In this document: positions 18,472-31,100 of the stretch, piece by piece | How the letters are laid out: each line of letters begins with the position of its first letter | Numbering within the stretch: position 1 is the first letter of the stretch | From: Vicinamibacteria bacterium | GTDB taxonomy: Bacteria > Acidobacteriota > Vicinamibacteria > Fen-336 | Reading direction: 5' to 3' | Assembly: GCA_035542035.1 (NCBI GenBank) | Contig: DATKME010000055.1 | Coordinates: 318 to 64,317, forward strand | DNA: 64,000 nt | Notes under the pieces: generated by a model | Told to the model about the DNA's origin: nothing | Databases searched by the model: none | The model's input: the letters and a program-made list of their open reading frames with translations, nothing else | Translations under genes and position numbers: made by a program

Positions 18472-19257
18472 ATGCCCTTCCTCGCCGTCCTCGCGCTCGC
18501 CTCGTCCTGCCCCGCCGCGGCCCCGCTGCCCGAGCCCGATGCCTACGTGCAGAAGCTCCTCGCCGCGCAGAGGCAGCAGGAGGAGGCGCTGTCCCGCTAC
18601 ACCTACGACGTCGCCGAGACCCGCCAGGAGCTCGATGGCCAGGGCCGGGTGACGCGGGAGAGGACCCGGGCGTACGAGGTCTTCCACGTGAAGGGCCGGC
18701 CGGTGCGCCGGCTGGTGGCGCGCGACGGTCAGCCGCTGCCGCCGGCCGAGCGCGAGCGCATCGACCGCCGCGCGCGCGACAGCGCGGCCGCCCTCGGCGC
18801 GGGCGAGCAGCCGTCGCCGGGCCTGCAGCTGTCCCGGATCCTCGAGCGCTACGAGTTCAAGGCGGTGGGCCGCGAGAGCGTGGAGGGCCGCTGCGCGCTG
18901 GTGTTCGACTTCGCCGCCCGGCCCGGCGACTTCCCGCTGCAGCGCGACTTCGTGCTGCGCAAGCTGGGCGGACGCATCTGGGTGGACGAGGCGGAGGAGG
19001 CGCTGGTGCGGCTGGACGTCCACAACACCGGCGGGGTGAGGATCGCCCTCGGCCTCGCCGCCAGCGTCTCCTCAGCCGGCCTGCACGGCGAGTTCGTGCG
19101 CCTGCAACCCGGTGTCTGGCTGCCCCGCCTGCTGCAGGGCCGGATCGAAGGCCGCAAGCTGCTGTTCCTCGGCTTTCGCGTGCGCGAGAGGATGGAGTTC
19201 CGCAACTACCGCCGCCAGCAGACGGGCGTGGACGAGCCGACAACGCCCGCGTCCTGA
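18472..19257 (+). CDS. secreted LolA-like / lipoprotein-sorting-like protein
   Basis: Signal peptide MPFLAVLALASSCPAAAP. The body (YEFKAVGRESVEGRCALVFDF...RIWVDEAEEALVRLDV) resembles the LolA-like beta-barrel family. Confidence 0.55.
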   Translation: MPFLAVLALASSCPAAAPLPEPDAYVQKLLAAQRQQEEALSRYTYDVAETRQELDGQGRVTRERTRAYEVFHVKGRPVRRLVARDGQPLPPAERERIDRRARDSAAALGAGEQPSPGLQLSRILERYEFKAVGRESVEGRCALVFDFAARPGDFPLQRDFVLRKLGGRIWVDEAEEALVRLDVHNTGGVRIALGLAASVSSAGLHGEFVRLQPGVWLPRLLQGRIEGRKLLFLGFRVRERMEFRNYRRQQTGVDEPTTPAS

Positions 19258-19299
19258 CGGTCCGGCGCTCCGGCGCTGTGGTATCCTCCCCGGCTGCAT

Positions 19300-20343
19300 A
19301 TGACGCTGTCCCGGGCGGGGAAGCTGGCCTTGTCGCTGGGAGTCGCCCTCGTCGCCGTGGCCTGCGGCGGCAGCCACACCACGCCGGTCACCCCCACCCA
19401 GCCCACGCCTCCCACCTACTCGGTCACCGCCACCGTCTTCTACGACGAGAACGGCAACGGCCAGCTCGACCCGGAGGAGGCGGCGCGCGTCCCCGGCGTG
19501 CAGGTGGTGATCGGCAGCGGAACCGGCACCAGTGCCCCCGGCACCGGCCTCGCCCAGGTGACCGGCATCACCGAGGGCACCTATGCGGTCGGCGTGAGCA
19601 ACGGCAGCCTGCCCACCTACTACCAGCCGCTGCCGGCCGGCACGGTCCAGGTGCCGGGCACTGCCCAGGTGAAGGTCCCGCTCACCCTGCCGATCGGCGG
19701 CAACCAGCGAAGCGTCTACTTCGGCTACGGCGACAGCATCACCGCGGGAGAAGGCTCGAGCGACTACTCCGGCTACGGCAACAAGTTGCAGGGACTGCTG
19801 GGGTCGTACTTCGGGCGCGCCGAGGTGAACCGGTTCGGGCGCGAGGGCACCACCAGCGGGCAGGGCCTCGAGAGGGCGCATGCCTGGATCCCCCGCGCGC
19901 GGGCCGCCTACGTGCTCGTCCTCTACGGGACCAACGACTGGCAGGACCAGACCTGCCAGAACAAGGGACCGGACGACTGCTTCACCATCGACGCCCTGGG
20001 AGGCATCCTCGACGTCATCCAGGGCACCGACAGCCTGCCGGTGCTCGCCACCATCCTGCCGGTGAACCCGACCCTGGCCCCCGCGGGACGCAACGACTGG
20101 ATCGACCAGATGAACGTCAGGATCACGGCGCTCGCCCAGCAGCGGCAGGTGCTGCTGGCCGACGTGAACGCCGAGTTCAAGAACGCCCCCGTCCCCCTCG
20201 CCTCGCTCTTCTACGACGACATCCACCCGAACGACGCCGGCTACGAGGTGCTGGCCCAGGGCTGGTTCAAGGCCATCACCCGCGCCCGCTCGGCGGCCGC
20301 CTCCTCCTCGCGGCGGCACCGCCTCTTCGGCTTCCTGCACTGA
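19300..20343 (+). CDS. SGNH/GDSL hydrolase lipoprotein
   Basis: Lipobox LVAVAC. Block I is YFGYGDSITAGEG, then LYGTNDW, and block V is DDIHPNDAGY. Confidence 0.8.
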   Translation: MTLSRAGKLALSLGVALVAVACGGSHTTPVTPTQPTPPTYSVTATVFYDENGNGQLDPEEAARVPGVQVVIGSGTGTSAPGTGLAQVTGITEGTYAVGVSNGSLPTYYQPLPAGTVQVPGTAQVKVPLTLPIGGNQRSVYFGYGDSITAGEGSSDYSGYGNKLQGLLGSYFGRAEVNRFGREGTTSGQGLERAHAWIPRARAAYVLVLYGTNDWQDQTCQNKGPDDCFTIDALGGILDVIQGTDSLPVLATILPVNPTLAPAGRNDWIDQMNVRITALAQQRQVLLADVNAEFKNAPVPLASLFYDDIHPNDAGYEVLAQGWFKAITRARSAAASSSRRHRLFGFLH

Positions 20344-20380
20344 TCCCGGCCCGCCCTCCGCGGGCCCGAAGCGACAGCTT

Positions 20381-20407
20381 TGTCGGTGGAGTGCGGACGG
20401 GCCGACA
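20381..20407. promoter_or_regulatory. palindromic operator candidate TGTCGG-N15-CCGACA
   Basis: Perfect 6-bp arms, ending 19 nt upstream of the regulator GTG. The same arms and spacing recur at 21974..22000. Confidence 0.4.
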
Positions 20408-20425
20408 CTTGTGTCATAGTGACGC

Positions 20426-21955
<1,530 letters not shown>

Positions 21956-21973
21956 ACCCGATTCGGACAACTG

Positions 21974-22000
21974 TGTCGGAGTTCTGCGAGCGACCCGACG
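21974..22000. promoter_or_regulatory. palindromic upstream-activator-site candidate TGTCGG-N15-CCGACG
   Basis: Same left arm and spacing as 20381..20407. It lies about 75 nt upstream of the -24/-12 candidate. Confidence 0.4.
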
Positions 22001-22072
22001 GTCTTGTCGTGCCGCCGAGGCAGGCCTCCCGGCCGGGCTGAGAGCTGCAAGTCCCTGAGCGCCCACGGGGAA

Positions 22073-22088
22073 TGGCGTTGGCCTCGCT
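22073..22088 (+). promoter_or_regulatory. sigma54 (-24/-12) promoter candidate for amtB-glnK
   Basis: TGGCGTTGGCCTCGCT. The GG and GC are at the canonical spacing of TGGCAC-N5-TTGC, 55 nt upstream of the amtB ATG. Confidence 0.45.
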
Positions 22089-22141
22089 TCGCGGCGGGCG
22101 CGCACGCGTCTTGCCCCTCCTGTCGCGACGGAGGTGTGCAG

Positions 22142-23433
<1,292 letters not shown>

Positions 23434-23437
<4 letters not shown>

Positions 23438-23805
23438 AGCTGGTGGTGGCGCTCGTCCGGCCGGAGAAGGCGGCCGAGGTGCTGGAGGCGCTCTTCCGCG
23501 CCGACGTGCAGGGGCTCACCATCAGCCGGGTGCAGGGCCACGGCGGCGAGACGGAGAAGGTGGAGACCTACCGCGGCACCACGGTCAAGATGGAGCTGCA
23601 GGAGAAGGTGCGCTTCGACATCGGCGTCTCCGACCACTTCGTCGAGCCCACGGTGCGCGCGGTGCTCACCGCGGCGCGCACCGGCGAGGTCGGCGACGGC
23701 AAGATCTTCGTGCTGCCGGTGGAGAAGATCTACCGCATCCGCACCGGGGAGGAGGACCGCGCAGCGGTGACGCCGGTGCAGGTGGTGGCGGCCGGGCGCG
23801 CGTAG
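23434..23805 (+). CDS. glnK: P-II nitrogen regulatory protein
   Basis: Contains MKLVVALVRPEKA, a T-loop with ETYRG, and TGEVGDGKIFVLPVEKIYRIRTGEED. ATGA overlap with amtB. Confidence 0.95.
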
Positions 23806-23850
23806 GCGCGGCCGCGGGTAGAATGGCAGCCTTCGCTCAGCGACGGTCCG

Positions 23851-24168
23851 GTGGTGCAGGAGACGCTCTTCCCGGGCACGCCCCACGAGATGATCTCCAT
23901 GTACCACCTGGCCGACGGCAACCTGGTGATGACCCACTACTGCGCGATGGGCAACCAGCCCCGGATGAAGCTGGACGCCCGGGCCTCCACCCCGCAGCGG
24001 CTGGTGTTCGCCTTCGACGGCGGGACCAGCTTCGACCCGGCGAAGGACGGACACGTCCACTCCGGGGTGGTGGAGCTCAGCGGAGACACGGTGCGGGCCG
24101 ACTGGGCGGTGTGGAGCGGCGGCAAGGAGGCAGGCCACAACGTCTTCGAGCTGCACCGGGCGAAGTAG
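23851..24168 (+). CDS. hypothetical protein (THYCxxGNQPRM motif family), possibly 5-prime truncated
   Basis: A 105 aa ORF with a GTG start: MISMYHLADGNLVMTHYCAMGNQPRMKL...FDPAKDGHVHSG. There is no signal peptide and no N-terminal half. A TAGAAT hexamer lies at 23819. Confidence 0.45.
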   Translation: MVQETLFPGTPHEMISMYHLADGNLVMTHYCAMGNQPRMKLDARASTPQRLVFAFDGGTSFDPAKDGHVHSGVVELSGDTVRADWAVWSGGKEAGHNVFELHRAK

Positions 24169-24174
24169 CGCCAG

Positions 24175-25602
24175 TCACAGCGGCGGCCGCCGTCGGTGCC
24201 AGTCGGTGAGCCGCTGGTACGCGTCCGCGATCGCCACCAGCCGCGCCTCGGTGAAGGCGCGGCCGAGCAGCTGCAGCGAGGTCGGCAGCCGGTCGCGGCC
24301 GAAGCCGGCGGGCACCGCGATCGCCGGCAGCCCTGCCAGGTTGCCGGCGGGGATGGTGGCCGGCGGGGGCGGGCCCTCTGTCTCGGCCAGGGGCGATGGG
24401 GTGCCGGCTGCCGGCGCGTCGAGATCCCGGCCGATGGGCGGCGCCAGCCGCGTGCGGGTCGGCGCGATCACCGCGTCGAAGCGCGAGAGGAGCCGGTCGA
24501 GCTGTGCGCGCATGGCGACCCGGGAGCGCAGGGCGTCGAGGTAGTCGGCGGCACGGGTGGCCAGCATGGCGTAGCCGCCCACGCGGTCGGCCGGGTCCTG
24601 CAGCGAGCGCACCTGCCCGCTCTCGATCAGCGGCCGCAGCGCGGCCCCGCCCTCGGCGTCCACGATCAGCGAGACCGCCTCACGGTAGGGCAGGTCGGGG
24701 AAGGCGACGTCCGTCTCCAGGTCGGCGACCTCGCGCAGCGCGGCTGTGGCGTGCTCGAAGCTCGCCTTCACGTCCGGATCGCAGTCGAGGGTGGCGCCCT
24801 GCAGGACGCCCAGGCGGAAGCGACGTCCCGTCTGGGGCCGCTCGCGGTAGCGGAAGCTCTCGCCGGTCGCGGGGTCCCGCGGGTCGAGGCCGGCGATCGC
24901 CGAGAGCACCAGCGCGGCGTCGTCGGCGCTGCGGGCGAGCGGGCCCAGCTTGTCGAGCGTCCAGCAGAGAGCCATCGCCCCGTGCCGCGAGACGAGACCG
25001 TAGGTGGGGCGCAGGCCGGTGACGCCGCAGAACGCCGAGGGCGTGAGGATCGAGCCCGAGGTCTCGCTGCCGATGGCGAAGCTGACCAGGCCCGCCGCCA
25101 CCGCCGCCGCCGAGCCGCTGGAGGAGCCGCCGCTCCAGTAGTCCGTGTTCCAGGGGGTCCGGCCCGGCCCGGTGAAGCTGGCGTCGGGGTTGTTGTAGCC
25201 GAGCCCGCCGGCGAGCTCCACCATGGCCAGCTTGGCGACCAGCACCGCCCCGGCCTGCTCCAGCCGCTCGACCACCGCGGCGTCGTGGTCGAAGACCTGC
25301 TGGCGCAGCGGCTCGGCGCCCCAGGTGGTGGGGATGCCGCGGGTCGCCAGCAGGTCCTTGGCCCCGTACGGGATCCCGTGCAGCGGCCCGCGGTCGTGGC
25401 CGGCCAGCAGCTCCTGGTTGGCGCGGTGCGCCTGGGCGAGCGCCCGCTCCCCCGTCACCGTCACCACCGCGCCCAGGCGCGGGCCCAGCCTCTCCAGGCG
25501 GTCGAGGCAGGCCTCGGTCAGCTCGACGGCCGAGAGCTTGCGCGAGCGCAGCAGCGCGCCCTGCTCCCGGATCGAGGCGAAGAAGACGTCCTCGGCGATC
25601 AC
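24175..25602 (-). CDS. amidase (amidase-signature family)
   Basis: Contains LHGIPYGAKDLL and GGSSSGSAAAVAAGLVSFAIGSETSGSIL (Ser-cisSer-Lys signature). The GTG at 25602 overlaps the stop of the upstream small ORF (GTGA). There is no signal peptide. Confidence 0.9.
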   Translation of the reverse strand: MIAEDVFFASIREQGALLRSRKLSAVELTEACLDRLERLGPRLGAVVTVTGERALAQAHRANQELLAGHDRGPLHGIPYGAKDLLATRGIPTTWGAEPLRQQVFDHDAAVVERLEQAGAVLVAKLAMVELAGGLGYNNPDASFTGPGRTPWNTDYWSGGSSSGSAAAVAAGLVSFAIGSETSGSILTPSAFCGVTGLRPTYGLVSRHGAMALCWTLDKLGPLARSADDAALVLSAIAGLDPRDPATGESFRYRERPQTGRRFRLGVLQGATLDCDPDVKASFEHATAALREVADLETDVAFPDLPYREAVSLIVDAEGGAALRPLIESGQVRSLQDPADRVGGYAMLATRAADYLDALRSRVAMRAQLDRLLSRFDAVIAPTRTRLAPPIGRDLDAPAAGTPSPLAETEGPPPPATIPAGNLAGLPAIAVPAGFGRDRLPTSLQLLGRAFTEARLVAIADAYQRLTDWHRRRPPL

Positions 25603-25937
25603 GTGCGTGGCCTCTCCGCCTCCGGCGCCAATGGGCTGAAGGCGGTGACGGGCGGGTCGGCATTGGTGAGCCGGGCGGCGCGGCGCAGACGCGCGGCGCG
25701 CTCGAGAGCGCGCGCGATCTGCTTGCGGACCTCGGCGAGCGCTGCCGGGTCGAGCTGGTCCGGGTGCTCGCGCCGCACCGCTTCCGCGAGGGCCGAGGCG
25801 GGCGAGGCGTCCGCGGCCTCGGAAGCGGCGGGGCCGGCGGGTGACGCCGGCGGCGATTGGGCGGCCAGCGCGGGCGAGGCCAGCGGCAGGCTCGCCACCG
25901 CCTTCAGGAAACCGCGTCGGGCTGCGGCCACGGGCAC
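25599..25937 (-). CDS. small Tat-signal protein, GatC/AtzG(DUF4089)-like tail
   Basis: GGAGG lies 5 nt before the GTG start. The twin-arginine motif is ARRGFLKAVASLPLASPALAA. The C-terminal LDPAALAEVRKQIARALERAARLRRAARLTNADPPVTAFSP resembles small amidase partner subunits. Confidence 0.6.
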   Translation of the reverse strand: MPVAAARRGFLKAVASLPLASPALAAQSPPASPAGPAASEAADASPASALAEAVRREHPDQLDPAALAEVRKQIARALERAARLRRAARLTNADPPVTAFSPLAPEAERPRT

Positions 25938-25992
25938 CTCCGGGTCGGGAGACCAGGCAAAGATACACCGTCGCCGCCCGGAGACACGCCAG

Positions 25993-26020
25993 TTGACGGC
26001 GGTGGTGCGTCCGCTAAGCT
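25993..26020 (+). promoter_or_regulatory. sigma70-type promoter candidate
   Basis: TTGACG-N16-TAAGCT, upstream of the DUF4013 gene. Confidence 0.4.
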
Positions 26021-26038
26021 AGCGCGCCAGCAAGCGAG

Positions 26039-26782
26039 GTGGACATGGCGAGCGCACTGCCCGCGCCCACGGGGACGCTGGACTTCGGCCGTTGCTTCAC
26101 CGTCGTCACCGAGGACCCCGAGTGGGTGAAGAAGGTCCTCATCGGCGGCCTGTTCACCGCCCTGTGCTCGATCCTGGTCGGCGTGCCGTTCGTGCTCGGT
26201 TACTTCGCACGGACGACGCGCAACGTGGCCGAGGGCATGGCCCGGCCGCTTCCGGACTGGGACGACCTGGGCGGGCTGTTCAGCGAAGGCCTGCGGCTCA
26301 CCGCCGTCTACCTGTTGCACGTGCTCGGGGTGATGGCGGTGATGGCCGCGCTCGGCTGCCTGGCCATGCTGCCGGTGATGGCCCTGGGCGGGCTGCGGCC
26401 GCACGAGGACGCGGCCCAGGCCGCCGGGGCGCTCACCGGCCTCGGCATGTTCGCCGCGTACGGCCTGACCATGCTCCTGTCGCTGGCGCTCGCCGTCTAC
26501 CTGCCGGCCGCCCTCGTCCGCGTCGCCATGCTCGGTTCCGTCGCCGAGGGCTTCGCCTGGCGGCAGAACGTCGAGTTCATCCGCGGCAACCTCGGCAACT
26601 ACGCGCTGTCCCTGGTGGTGGGCATCGTGGGCGGGCTGATGGCGCAGCTGGGCGTGCTGCTCTGCTGTGTCGGCGTCTTCCCCGCGGCCTTCTGGGGCTA
26701 CCTGGCCGTCGCGGCGGCACTCGGCCAGACGCTGCAACTCAATCCCGGGGCGATCGTCCGCACGCCCGGCGTCGCCTCCTAG
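26039..26782 (+). CDS. DUF4013-like integral membrane protein
   Basis: Contains DFGRCFTVVTEDPEWVKKVLIGGLF...PFVLGYFARTTRNVAEG..PLPDWDDLGGLF, followed by TM helices. The ATG at 26045 with GAGGTG upstream is the likelier start. Confidence 0.7.
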   Translation: MDMASALPAPTGTLDFGRCFTVVTEDPEWVKKVLIGGLFTALCSILVGVPFVLGYFARTTRNVAEGMARPLPDWDDLGGLFSEGLRLTAVYLLHVLGVMAVMAALGCLAMLPVMALGGLRPHEDAAQAAGALTGLGMFAAYGLTMLLSLALAVYLPAALVRVAMLGSVAEGFAWRQNVEFIRGNLGNYALSLVVGIVGGLMAQLGVLLCCVGVFPAAFWGYLAVAAALGQTLQLNPGAIVRTPGVAS

Positions 26783-28113
26783 AGGACGTCGGCCACGGTG
26801 CGCTCGCCGGCTGCCTTTCGCGCCGTCTCGTAGAGCCAGGCGAGCGCGCCCCAGCCCGGCCCCTGGCGCGGCGTGTCGCCGAGGCTGAAGCGCGCGGCGA
26901 GGGCGACGAGCCGGGCGAGCGGGATTCGCTCGGGGGGAAGCGCCAGCATCACGCCGACGTCGGCGGAGCCGGTGCGGGTGGTCTGCACCACCAGCTTCTC
27001 GTCCTCCAGGTGGCACAGCAGCTCGTTCACCGCCTCCAGGCGCAGCTTCAGCTCCTCCGCCAGCCCCTGGCGGCTGGCCGGCTGGCCGTCGCGCGAGGCG
27101 CGCGCGATCGCGGCCAACAGGGGGACGAACCACTGGGGATCGGCAGAGGTCAGGGCCCCGCGGGTGTCCGGCCGCTCGAAGATGCGGCCGCGCAGCGCCT
27201 GCAGCGTGAAGGCGATCTCCATCCCGAACAGGACGATCAGCCAGTTGAGGTACAGCCAGAACAGGAAGAGCGGGATGAGCCCGAGAGCCCCGTAGAGCTT
27301 CATGTAGGGCAGCGCCCGGCTCACGTACAGGCCGAAGCCCCACTTGGTGAGGTCCCACAGGGCGGCGGAGACCAGCGCGCCGACCAGCGCCGGGCGCCAC
27401 TTGACCAGCGTGTTCGGCAGCAGCTTGTAGAGCAGCGACAGCGCGAGGAAGCTGCCGGCCAGCGACCTGAACCGCCCGAGCTCGGCGAAGGCGGGCCCCA
27501 GCAGCGGCAGCCGGGTGGCGACGTGGATCCAGAACTGGGCCGCGTAGAGGACGAGCAGCAGCAGGATCGGCCCGAGCGTCAGCACCGTCCAGTAGATGCC
27601 GACGCGTGCCACCCAGCGCCGGCCGCGAGGGGCGCGGTAGACGCGGTTGGCGGCGTCCTCGAACGAGACCAGCAGCCCGAGCGCGGCCCAGATGAGCAGC
27701 AGCGCACCCACCGCACCGATGGTCGAGAAGCTGAGGCTGCTGACCGCGCGCATGATGTCGATGATCTTCTCGTCGAGGGCCGACTTGAACGCCGCCGCCT
27801 CCGGCCGGCTGGGGTCCACCTGGTAGTTGAAGAAGGCGTAGGCCGACTCCTGCAGCTGCCGCGCGGCCTGGTCCATGTCGCCGAACATGCGGAAGGCCAG
27901 CATGCTCACCATCAGCAGCGGCACCAGGCCGAAGATGGTGCGGTAGGTGAGCGCTGCCGCCATCTGCCCGGCGTCGTTCGAGCGCAGCTCGCGGCTGGCG
28001 TGACGCGTCAGCTCCGCCATGAAGCGCAGCCCGCGCTGGGCCCGGTTGAGCTCGGCCACCGGCCGCCTGCAGAGCGCGTCGAGGTACGCCGACAGCCGCA
28101 GCACCGGGTCCAT
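26779..28113 (-). CDS. YihY/BrkB family membrane protein with C-terminal winged-helix-like extension
   Basis: Contains NDAGQMAAALTYRTIFGLVPLLMV, six TM helices, and a soluble C-terminal region of about 120 aa. Confidence 0.85.
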   Translation of the reverse strand: MDPVLRLSAYLDALCRRPVAELNRAQRGLRFMAELTRHASRELRSNDAGQMAAALTYRTIFGLVPLLMVSMLAFRMFGDMDQAARQLQESAYAFFNYQVDPSRPEAAAFKSALDEKIIDIMRAVSSLSFSTIGAVGALLLIWAALGLLVSFEDAANRVYRAPRGRRWVARVGIYWTVLTLGPILLLLVLYAAQFWIHVATRLPLLGPAFAELGRFRSLAGSFLALSLLYKLLPNTLVKWRPALVGALVSAALWDLTKWGFGLYVSRALPYMKLYGALGLIPLFLFWLYLNWLIVLFGMEIAFTLQALRGRIFERPDTRGALTSADPQWFVPLLAAIARASRDGQPASRQGLAEELKLRLEAVNELLCHLEDEKLVVQTTRTGSADVGVMLALPPERIPLARLVALAARFSLGDTPRQGPGWGALAWLYETARKAAGERTVADVL

Positions 28114-28147
28114 GGCGCGATTATCGGCTAGAATCGCAGCCCCGCCC

Positions 28148-31100
28148 GTGAGCCCGCGCCCGCTGGTCCTGCTCGTGCCTCCTTACGCCTCGGCCGAGGA
28201 GCTGCCGAGGCGGCTGGCCTCGACCGGCTGCGCGCTGGCGGCCGTCTACGCCCTGGAGCCGCTGGAGCTGGCGCGGGCGATCGCCGAGCCGCTGCTGCTG
28301 GCGCGGGGCCTGCGCCCCTGGCGCGGCCAGCACTCCGCCCTGCTCGCGGCCCGGATCCTCACCAGCGCGGACGCCGAGGGCGAGCTGCCGCTGCCCGGAG
28401 GAGCTCGGCGCGCCCCGGTCGTGACCGCGCTCACGCGCACGCTGGTCGCGCTGCGCCACGGCGCGGTGGCGCCGGAGGCGGTGGAACGGCTCGCGACCGC
28501 CGACGCGGCCCGCCCCGGCGAGGACGCGCGTCGCCTGCGCGCCCTGGCCGGGATGTACCGCCGGTTCCACGATGCGCTCGAGGGACAGGCGGCGGACCCG
28601 GTCGCGCTCTACGCCGCAGCGCGCGCGGCCCTCCCCGGTGCGCACTGGCTGGCCGGCGCCGAGGTGCTGATCCCCGAGGACCTCGAGCTCGAGCCGGTGG
28701 CCGAGGAGTTCGTGGCCGCGCTGGCGGCCGCCCTGCCGACCGTGATCCTGCACCGGCCCCTGCCGCCGTCGCTGCGGCCCGCCTCCTTCCGCGGCCGCTT
28801 CGCCTCCCGCGGCGTGGGCGAGGCGGACTGGTCGGCGACCCGGCTGGCGCCGCTCGCGCCACCGCCGCCCCCGCCCTCCCTGCGGCGGCTGCGCGAGTCG
28901 CTGTTCGAGCCGCTGGCGGGGACCGAGGTGGACGACGGCGCGGTCGAGCTGCTGACCGCCGCCGGCGAGGCGGCCGAGGCGCGGGCCATCGCGCGGCGGC
29001 TCCTGCGGGAGGCCGCCCGCGGCGTGCCGTTCGAAGAGATGGGGGTGGTGCTGGCGCGGCCCGATCCCTACGCGCCGCTCTTCGCCGACCTGCTCACCCG
29101 GCTGGGTGTGCCCTACCGGCTCCACCCCTCGCTGCCGCTGCGCTACGGGCGGGCCGCGCGCTCGCTGCTGCTGCTGTTCCGCTGTCGCGGCCTCGAGCGC
29201 CAGGCCGTGATGGAGCTGCTCACCTTCGCCCCCGTGCCCTTCGCGGCAATGCTGGGAGAGGAGGGCCGTGCCTGGCCGGCGCGCTGGGACCGCCTCAGCC
29301 GCGAGGCGGGGATCGTGTCCGACTACAGCCGCTGGATGGTGGGCCTGCGGTCCCATGCCGAGGCCGAGCGGGAAGCGGCGGACGCCGAGCCCGATTCCTA
29401 CCGGCGGGAGCGGCGGCTGCGCAACGCAGGCGAAGCCGAGGACCTGCTGCGGGTCGTCGAGGCGCTCTCGAACACGCTGGAGAGCCTCTCGGGAGAGGCG
29501 TCGTGGCCGGAGTGGGTCCAGCGGCTGCAGGTCGCCTGCGACGACTGGATCGGGCCTGAGCACGACCGCGAGCGCGTCCTGGAGGTGATCGCGGACCTGG
29601 GCGGGCTCGCCTCGGCCGCCTCGCGGGCGACGGCGGACGAGGTGGAGCAGGTCATCGAGGAGCGCCTCGAGATGAAGCGGGTCCCGCTGACGGCGCAGGA
29701 GGGTGGGGCTGTGCACGTGGGCGCGCTGGACGCGATGGCCGGCCTGCCGTTCCGGGTGCTGGCGATCCCCGGCCTGGTCGAGGGCGGCTACCCCGGCGTC
29801 TTCCGGCCCGATCCCTTCCTGCTCGACGAGGAGCGCCGGGCGCTGGGGGTCGCGGCCGACCCGGCCGCGGCGGCGCGTCCGCAGCCCAGACGCGGCGCGG
29901 CGCAGCTCGAGCTGTTCACGGCGCCCGCGCCCACGGCCGCCGTGCACCGCCTGCCCACCAGCCAGGACCGGCTGCTGCAGGCGCGGCGGGAGTTCCACCG
30001 CGCGCTGTCGCAGGCGACGGAGCGACTCATCCTGTCCTACCCGCGCGCCGACGCGCGCACCGGCCGCGAGCGGCTGCCGTCGCTCTTCCTCGCCGCCGCC
30101 GCCTCCACGCTCGCCGGCCGGCCGCTGTCGGCCGGGGAGCTGGAGCCGCGGGTGAGCGAGGACTCGCTGGAGGCCCTGGCGCTGGAGGACGCGATCGACC
30201 CCGGCGAGCGGGACCGCCTGCGCCTGCGCCGCGACGAGGGCGCGGCGGCGGCCGTCGCCGCGGGATCGGTCTGCTTCCGCCAGTCGCGCCTGGCCACGCG
30301 GGCCCGCTGGTCCGGGCGCCTCACCCGCTACGACGGGCTGCTTCTCGAGCTCGAGCCCCCGCTCGCGGCCCGGCTCGACCCGCTCGGCGAGCGGCCCGTC
30401 TCGGCCAGCCGCCTGGCCGTCTATGCCCAGTGCGGCTTCCAGTACCTGCTGCGGGAGGTGCTGCGCCTGCAGGTGGCGCCCGAGCCCGAGGAGAGGCGAC
30501 GGCTGGAGCCGCTCGAACGCGGCAACCTCTTCCACCAGGTCGCCGAGCGCTTCCTGCGGGAGCGGCGGGACAGGGGCGAGCTGCCGCTGCGCGACACCGA
30601 CGCCAATCGGGCGCGGCTGCGGGAGATGGCCGAGGAGGCACTGGAGCACCTGGTGCGGGGGTCGCCGCCGCGCTTCACGCTGCTGTGGCAGCGCGAGAAG
30701 CGCCGCTTCCAGCAGACGGCGGGGGAGTGGTTCGCCCGCGAGGTGGCGGCCGCCTCTCGCTCTGTGCCGCTGCACTTCGAGCTGAGCTTCGGCCTCGGCC
30801 GCGGGCCGCAGGCGGGAGAACCGCACGCGCCCGAGCCGCTGGAGATCGAGCTGGGCCAGGGCCGGGTGCTGCGGGTCTGCGGGAAGATCGACCGCATCGA
30901 CCGGCGCCACGAGGGCGGGCTGGTGCTGCGCGACTACAAGACGGGCCGGGCGCCGAAGGACGACGGTGGCGTCTTCCGCGGCGGCCGGCAGCTGCAGATC
31001 CCCTTCTACGTCCTGGCGGCGGCCAAGCTCCTCCCCGGCGAGCGGGTGGTGGACGCCTTCCTCGACTACGTGGACGGAGGCCGGCAGGTGGCGTTCCGCC

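Noticed and set aside
16510-19023. The upstream 2.5 kb of the 954 aa minus-strand ORF 16159..19023.
   Set aside because: Only the last 116 codons (16159..16509) look like a real protein. The remainder overlaps the DUF4412-like gene in another frame and is antisense to the GGDEF-PilZ and LolA-like genes, with Arg/Gly/Ala-rich junk composition.
25603-25968. The N-terminal extension of the amidase frame (ORF 24175..25968, 597 aa).
   Set aside because: The extension is Arg/Gly/Pro-rich junk (…RRPRRFRGRGRLARLGPRGSG…). The other frame, in contrast, encodes a well-formed Tat signal peptide and a helical tail, so I split the region into two coupled genes.
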